Positions 58,861 to 64,000 of a stretch of 64,000 bases of DNA are shown piece by piece (within the stretch, counting starts at the first letter, position 1; every line of letters starts with the position of its first letter). This DNA comes from Candidatus Roizmanbacteria bacterium CG_4_9_14_0_2_um_filter_38_17 (GTDB lineage Bacteria > Patescibacteriota > Microgenomatia > GCA-00278855). The notes below the pieces were generated by a model, which was not told where the DNA came from, ran no database searches, and worked only from the letters and a program-made list of their open reading frames with translations. A program made the position numbers and the translations under genes. Location of the stretch: contig PFSB01000006.1 of the NCBI GenBank assembly GCA_002788855.1, positions 99,292 through 163,291 on the forward strand. Direction: 5' to 3'.

Positions 58861-59056
58861 AAAGAGCGGAAGCTTCAAAGCCGAGCTTTATGCTCTAGTA
58901 TATAGTTTGGTTTTAGAATCGCTTAACTTAAAGCAATGCTATTTATTACATAAAAAGCCTCGCTTTGTTTCACTTGCTTACTGAAAAGTGTCAAACGTCC
59001 AGCGTTTGACAACTTTGCTTAGGATGGGGGTTTGGATTAAAATAGTAGTACAGAAG

Positions 59057-60406
59057 ATGCAAAACCTTAATCCAGTTGAAACCTTGCGTGAGAAATATTC
59101 AGGTAAGAATGTGTTAGTTTTAGGGATAGGGGTATTGGGTGGAGGAGTTGGCTCCGCGCGTTTTTTTGCAGATATTGGTGCAAAAGTTGTAGCAACTGAT
59201 CTTAAGTCAGCTGAACAACTCGACCCCTCTTTACTTAGGCAGCTACAAGATTTGGGAGTAGAGCTCAAGCTAGGTGGACATAGTAAAGAAATGATAGATG
59301 CTGCGGATCTGGTGATTCGTAACCCAGCGGTTCCTTTAGATTCTGAATATGTACAATACGCAAAAGAGCAAAATATTCCGGTTGTAATGGACGCAGCCTT
59401 ATTTGTAACTTTAAGCCCTGCTCCTATTATTGGTGTAACAGGTACCAGAGGTAAAACAACTACCTGTAATATGATTGCTTCTATTTTACAAGCTGTGGGT
59501 AAGCATGTGCTGCTGGGAGGAAATATTCATGGCACATCTACGCTTGATCTACTCTACGAAGTGAATGAAAAATCTATTGTGGTATTAGAATTATCTAGCT
59601 GGGCGCTACAGGGATTTTGCGATTTTGCGGTTAGCCCTCATATTGCTGTCATAACTAATATTTATCCAGACCATCTTAATAGATATACTGATATGCAGAG
59701 CTATGTGGATGATAAACAAACAATCTTTGCTTACCAGAAGCCTAACGATATATTGTTCTTAAATAGTGAAGATGGTTTTACAAGTAAATTTTCAAAAAAA
59801 GTAGTGGGCAAGGTGGGATTGTTTAACAAAAAAGATTTACTGCAAAAAATTGAATTACAGTTACCTGGTGAGCACAATATGGCAAACGCGGCTTGTGCTT
59901 TTGGAGTTGCTAGATATCTAGGTGTAAGTGAGAAGGATATTTTATCGAGCCTATCTCAGTTTTCTGGAGTCCCATATAGGCTGGAAATTATTGCTGAAAT
60001 AAATGGAGTGACATATGTAAATGACACAACCAGCACGACCCCTACATCTGTTATTGCGGCACTAAATGCCTTTATGAATAAGTCGATTGTATTAATTATT
60101 GGAGGTGCGGATAAAAATTTACCTCTTGATGAGCTCGTAAAATTATTCCAGAGTGAAAAACAGATTAAAGACGTGGTGTTTCTTAAAGGTGGAGGGACCA
60201 GTAAGTTGCTTGAAGCCTTAGGCAGGCAGGACGCTGTTGTCTATGATAACCTTGAGAAAGCAGTTTTTGCAGCATCTAACAAAGCTAACAAAGGAGATTA
60301 TGTAATATTTAGTCCAGGATTTACTTCTTTTGAGATGTTTAAAAATGAATTTGATCGAGGAGATAGATTCAACCAAATTGTGAACTCACTTAATGCAAAA
60401 AATTAA
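59057..60406 (+). CDS. murD: UDP-MurNAc-L-Ala-D-Glu ligase
   Basis: GVTGTRGKTTT, GGNI, ELSS, DHLNRY, NDTTSTT, SPGFTSF..F...RG; ATG 59057 preferred. Confidence 0.95.
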   Translation: MQNLNPVETLREKYSGKNVLVLGIGVLGGGVGSARFFADIGAKVVATDLKSAEQLDPSLLRQLQDLGVELKLGGHSKEMIDAADLVIRNPAVPLDSEYVQYAKEQNIPVVMDAALFVTLSPAPIIGVTGTRGKTTTCNMIASILQAVGKHVLLGGNIHGTSTLDLLYEVNEKSIVVLELSSWALQGFCDFAVSPHIAVITNIYPDHLNRYTDMQSYVDDKQTIFAYQKPNDILFLNSEDGFTSKFSKKVVGKVGLFNKKDLLQKIELQLPGEHNMANAACAFGVARYLGVSEKDILSSLSQFSGVPYRLEIIAEINGVTYVNDTTSTTPTSVIAALNAFMNKSIVLIIGGADKNLPLDELVKLFQSEKQIKDVVFLKGGGTSKLLEALGRQDAVVYDNLEKAVFAASNKANKGDYVIFSPGFTSFEMFKNEFDRGDRFNQIVNSLNAKN

Positions 60407-61529
60407 AAAGAGAGCCAGACACAAACTTCGCAAGGTAGGACCTCGTCTATCTGGTAAGCGTCCCAATTCCACGTCTTTTCTTATCATTATAGTTACGATA
60501 GTGTTGGCTGCATTTGGACTGCTGATGATATTTGAAGCTTCGGCCGTCTCGGCTTTGCGAACATTTGACGATAAATTTCATTTTTTGCGAAACCAAGGAA
60601 CCTGGGCGAGTATAGGTTTAGTGAGCATGTTTATAGTTTCACGTATAGATTATCGTAGATATTACAGCATGTCAGTATTTTTATTGAGCGGTGTAATATT
60701 TAGTTTAATTATGGTTTTTTTACCAGGTATCGGCCTTAAAGCGTCAGGAGCTCATCGCTGGATTAATCTGGGCTTTTTTAATTTTCAACCTACAGAGTTG
60801 GCAAAGCTCGTATTAGTTATTTATCTTGCTGCTTGGTTTACACATAAGGAAAAAAATCGATTATTGTCGTTTGGTTTGTTGCTTTTTGTTGTATTGGGTT
60901 TGATAGTGCTGGAGCCAGATTTGGGTACGGCAATTATTATTGGTGCTATTGCGATGGTTTTATACTTTTTATCTGGCGCACCACTTGCCCAGTTTGTTTT
61001 ACTAATACCAGTAGGTGTGGTTTTGGTGCTGCTTTTGGCATTGACGTCACCCTATCGTTACCAACGTATAATGACATTCTTAAAGCCAGATTCTGATCCA
61101 CTTGGGGCGTCTTATCATGTTCAACAGCTGTTGTTGGGTTTTGGTAGTGGGGGCTGGTTTGGAGTAGGGTTAGGTAGATCGTTGCAGAAATTTTCGTATC
61201 TGCCCGAAGCGACTACGGACTCTATCTTTTCAATTGTGGGAGAAGAAACCGGTTTTATCGGCGCCAGTTTAGTTTTGTTACTATATTTGATACTAATTGT
61301 AGTTGCATTTAAAGTTGCTGTGAACTCACCAACTCGCTTTGGACAGCTACTTGCTGCTGGGATAGGCAGCTGGATTGCTATACAGACTATAATCAACCTT
61401 GGAGCTACTGTTGCTCTCTTACCACTAACCGGAGTACCGTTGATGCTATTATCATATGGTGGTTCAAGTTTATTGGTTACATTTTTAGGAATTGGAATTT
61501 TGTTAAACATTAGTAAACAAAGCAAATGA
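60393..61529 (+). CDS. ftsW: SEDS peptidoglycan polymerase FtsW
   Basis: RWI, FQPTELAK, EPDLGT, LPEATTDSIF, SYGGSS. Confidence 0.96.
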   Translation: MQKIKKRARHKLRKVGPRLSGKRPNSTSFLIIIVTIVLAAFGLLMIFEASAVSALRTFDDKFHFLRNQGTWASIGLVSMFIVSRIDYRRYYSMSVFLLSGVIFSLIMVFLPGIGLKASGAHRWINLGFFNFQPTELAKLVLVIYLAAWFTHKEKNRLLSFGLLLFVVLGLIVLEPDLGTAIIIGAIAMVLYFLSGAPLAQFVLLIPVGVVLVLLLALTSPYRYQRIMTFLKPDSDPLGASYHVQQLLLGFGSGGWFGVGLGRSLQKFSYLPEATTDSIFSIVGEETGFIGASLVLLLYLILIVVAFKVAVNSPTRFGQLLAAGIGSWIAIQTIINLGATVALLPLTGVPLMLLSYGGSSLLVTFLGIGILLNISKQSK

Positions 61530-62626
61530 GAATAGTTATTACCGGAGGACATCCAGGACCAGCGCTGGCTGTAATTGATCATATTAGAACAAGCTATCCC
61601 GACTGGAAGATATATTTTGTAGGAACTAAAAACCCCTTAACAGATGATAAAGCTTTGTCATTTGAGTATAAAGAGATAGCTACAAGAGGTCTTTCTTTTA
61701 TTAATTTAGATACGGGAAAATTTGATAGAGCAAATAAATTAAAGTTAATACTAAATTCATATAAAATTGCCCGTGGGTATTTTAAAAGCTTAGCTATTCT
61801 TAAGAGAATAAAACCAGATGTTGTATTATCTTTTGGTGGATACTTGGCGGTTCCTGTAGCATTTGGTGCGAAAACTCTGGGAATTAAGATCCTCACCCAT
61901 GAGCAGACTTTTGGAGTGGGATTTGCAAATAGGTTAATTGCCAGAATTGCAGATAGAGTGCTGTTGTCGTGGGAAGAAACAAAGCTAGTGGATCCTCGCT
62001 GGAAAAGCTTGGTAACTGGTTTACCTATTCGCAAATCCGTAATTAATGCCAAAACTCAGATGGATAAGTCTAAGTTGCCATTAATACTAGTGATGGGTGG
62101 AAGCCAGGGGGCACATTTTATTAATCAGCTTATTGGAAACATGCTAGATGATTTGTTGAGCGTATTTAGAGTTGTGCACCAAGTGGGAGATTCTAGTGCT
62201 TATGATGATTACGTTACGCTTAATCACAAACGCAAAGAAATGAAACAAGAGATAGGTGATAAGTATGAGTTATATAAGCATATATCTACAGAAAAAATTG
62301 GCACATATCTTGAGCTTGCTGATATTGTAATTTCACGCGCTGGAATAAATACTATGGCTGAGCTTTTGTATTTGCAAAAAAAAGCCGTATTAATTCCATT
62401 GCTCGAGAGTATTAATCCTGAGCAGTTAGTAAATGCTAGATATTATAAAGAGACACAGCTGGGTACATATCTAAAGCAAGATGAAGTTACACCAGAGAAA
62501 TTACATAACGAAATCAACAATATAGCAAAGAATAATGCGGCTAAAAGTGATATTCCAGTATTTAAGATGCTGGAGTTTGCGGCAGATAACGTCGTTAAGG
62601 AGTTAATAGCTGTAACCAATGGGTAG
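61526..62626 (+). CDS. murG: Lipid II GlcNAc transferase
   Basis: TGGHPGPA, FGGY, HEQ, GGSQGA, SRAG, EQLVNA. Confidence 0.95.
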   Translation: MRIVITGGHPGPALAVIDHIRTSYPDWKIYFVGTKNPLTDDKALSFEYKEIATRGLSFINLDTGKFDRANKLKLILNSYKIARGYFKSLAILKRIKPDVVLSFGGYLAVPVAFGAKTLGIKILTHEQTFGVGFANRLIARIADRVLLSWEETKLVDPRWKSLVTGLPIRKSVINAKTQMDKSKLPLILVMGGSQGAHFINQLIGNMLDDLLSVFRVVHQVGDSSAYDDYVTLNHKRKEMKQEIGDKYELYKHISTEKIGTYLELADIVISRAGINTMAELLYLQKKAVLIPLLESINPEQLVNARYYKETQLGTYLKQDEVTPEKLHNEINNIAKNNAAKSDIPVFKMLEFAADNVVKELIAVTNG

Positions 62627-63302
62627 GACTAAATTACTTTCTTTTGTTATATTATTGTTTGTTATTGCTGGTGAATTATATATTGTCTCCTTGTTGTGGG
62701 GGTTCGAGAGAGTGGGTAGGGTTTTTACCAATAACTATTTGAATCCAGCATTTTTTAAGTTTGGAAAGTTTAATGTCCTAGGTGTTTCCAAGCAACAGCT
62801 AATGGATCAGATGAAAGAGTATGATCCTGAGCTGACCAATGTAAAGATCACGAAAAAACTAAATGGTGACATATATATTGATGTAGCCGGTATTGAGGAA
62901 AAATACATGCTGGCAGATAAAGATGAAACACAGTTTTTTTCCGCTGATGAGAGAGGTGTTGTAATTAAAGAGGCCACTGGGCAAGATAAATTGCTGATTG
63001 TGACTGGTAAAGCGAGCTTAAAAAAAGGCTCCAAAATGGATTCAGAGTCTGAGAGAGCAGCGCTAATTTTAGTAGATAAAGTAGCCAAATACCCAGCTTT
63101 GGAAGAGTTGAAAAAGGTGATTATTCAAGACGACAAGCTACTAATGGTCTTTGAGCGGAATTTTGTGGTAATATTGCCTATTGTAGAGGATCTTGATTCT
63201 TACTTACAATCTTTACAAATCCTGCTAGATCGGTTTACAATAGAAGGTAAGCTGCCACAAGAGATAGATATGAGATATATCAGGGCAGTGGTAAAAATGT
63301 AA
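62619..63302 (+). CDS. ftsQ: Probable FtsQ/DivIB
   Basis: N-terminal TM, C-terminal IDMRY, located between murG and ftsA. Confidence 0.7.
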   Translation: MGRTKLLSFVILLFVIAGELYIVSLLWGFERVGRVFTNNYLNPAFFKFGKFNVLGVSKQQLMDQMKEYDPELTNVKITKKLNGDIYIDVAGIEEKYMLADKDETQFFSADERGVVIKEATGQDKLLIVTGKASLKKGSKMDSESERAALILVDKVAKYPALEELKKVIIQDDKLLMVFERNFVVILPIVEDLDSYLQSLQILLDRFTIEGKLPQEIDMRYIRAVVKM

Positions 63303-63303
63303 T

Positions 63304-64000
63304 ATGGCTAAAGACAGAGTTATTGTTGGAATAGATATTGGTAGTGAAAAAATTGCGACCCTCATTGCTTCGGTTTCTGAGGATGAGCAGCCACGCATAA
63401 TTGGTGTTTCCACAGTTTTAAGCAAAGGTATCAAGAGAAGCCAGGTAGTAGACATTGAGCAGGCTACAAAAAGTGTGTTATCTAGTTTAGAGAGCGCAGA
63501 ACGCATGGCTGGGTACCAAGTGACAAATGCATTTATCTCAGTCGGTGGATCTCATATTGGATCGGTCAATTCGCAAGGAGTAGTAGCTGTTGCTAATCCA
63601 GATAAAGAGATTATCAACGATGATATTGAGCGGGCTATTGAGGCAGCAAAAGCACTATCCATACCTTCTACTCAGGCAATTTTACATGTACTGCCACGGC
63701 AGTTTACCGTCGATTCTCAGGAAGGTATAAAAGATCCAGTAGGAATGACAGGTGTACGTTTGGAGGTAGACACACATCTAGTTACTGGTGGAGCAACATC
63801 TATCAGAAACTTAACTAAATGTGTTGAAGAGGTGGGCATAGATGTTGAGGGGTTAGTCTTTAATGGGTTGGCTTCTTCCAGCAGTACATTAACAGATACT
63901 GAAAAAGAACTTGGTGTAGTAATGCTGGATATTGGTGCGGGAACAACTGATCTTTGTATCTGGATTGAAGGATCATTAGCTTATTCAGCTGTTGTACCAG
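63304..64000 (+). CDS. ftsA: Cell division protein FtsA (truncated by window edge)
   Basis: Manual translation MAKDRVIVGIDIGSEKI...AERMAG...DPVGMTGVRLEV...EKELGVVMLDIGAGTTD. Confidence 0.96.
   Translation, partial: MAKDRVIVGIDIGSEKIATLIASVSEDEQPRIIGVSTVLSKGIKRSQVVDIEQATKSVLSSLESAERMAGYQVTNAFISVGGSHIGSVNSQGVVAVANPDKEIINDDIERAIEAAKALSIPSTQAILHVLPRQFTVDSQEGIKDPVGMTGVRLEVDTHLVTGGATSIRNLTKCVEEVGIDVEGLVFNGLASSSSTLTDTEKELGVVMLDIGAGTTDLCIWIEGSLAYSAVVP

Noticed and set aside
3277-63506. Short nested or antisense ORFs in the track (e.g. 3665-4006, 20416-20796, 42911-43288, 61121-61582, 63225-63506)
   Set aside because: They overlap well-supported genes and show no motifs; shadow ORFs.

Overview
AT-rich bacterial chromosome segment using genetic code 11. 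Gene content (DUF4012 protein, GlyQS-type glycyl-tRNA synthetase, many GT-C enzymes, TrmB regulator, leaderless-style promoters) suggests Patescibacteria/CPR, probably Microgenomates; this is inference. 1-32 kb is a surface-glycosylation cluster, interrupted at 10-12 kb by a toxin-antitoxin hot spot and at 12-16.7 kb by a reverse-strand four-gene operon. Then come recO and glyQS, and an expanded division/cell-wall cluster from mraZ to ftsA that includes glmU-like, glmS, yvcK, DegT, FemAB and dgkA genes. The most striking signal is a palindrome-centred system. Two RAYT-like HUH tyrosine transposase genes are each bracketed by their own inverted pair of AT-rich palindromes. Copies of these and related 13-nt palindromes are dispersed in intergenic stacks, sit at the junction of a duplicated locus carrying alternative TA cargo, head a 70-bp direct repeat around orphan genes, and occur in frame inside several enzyme genes. 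No rRNA, complete tRNA or CRISPR array was seen. All repeats were found by eye, so copy lists may be incomplete.
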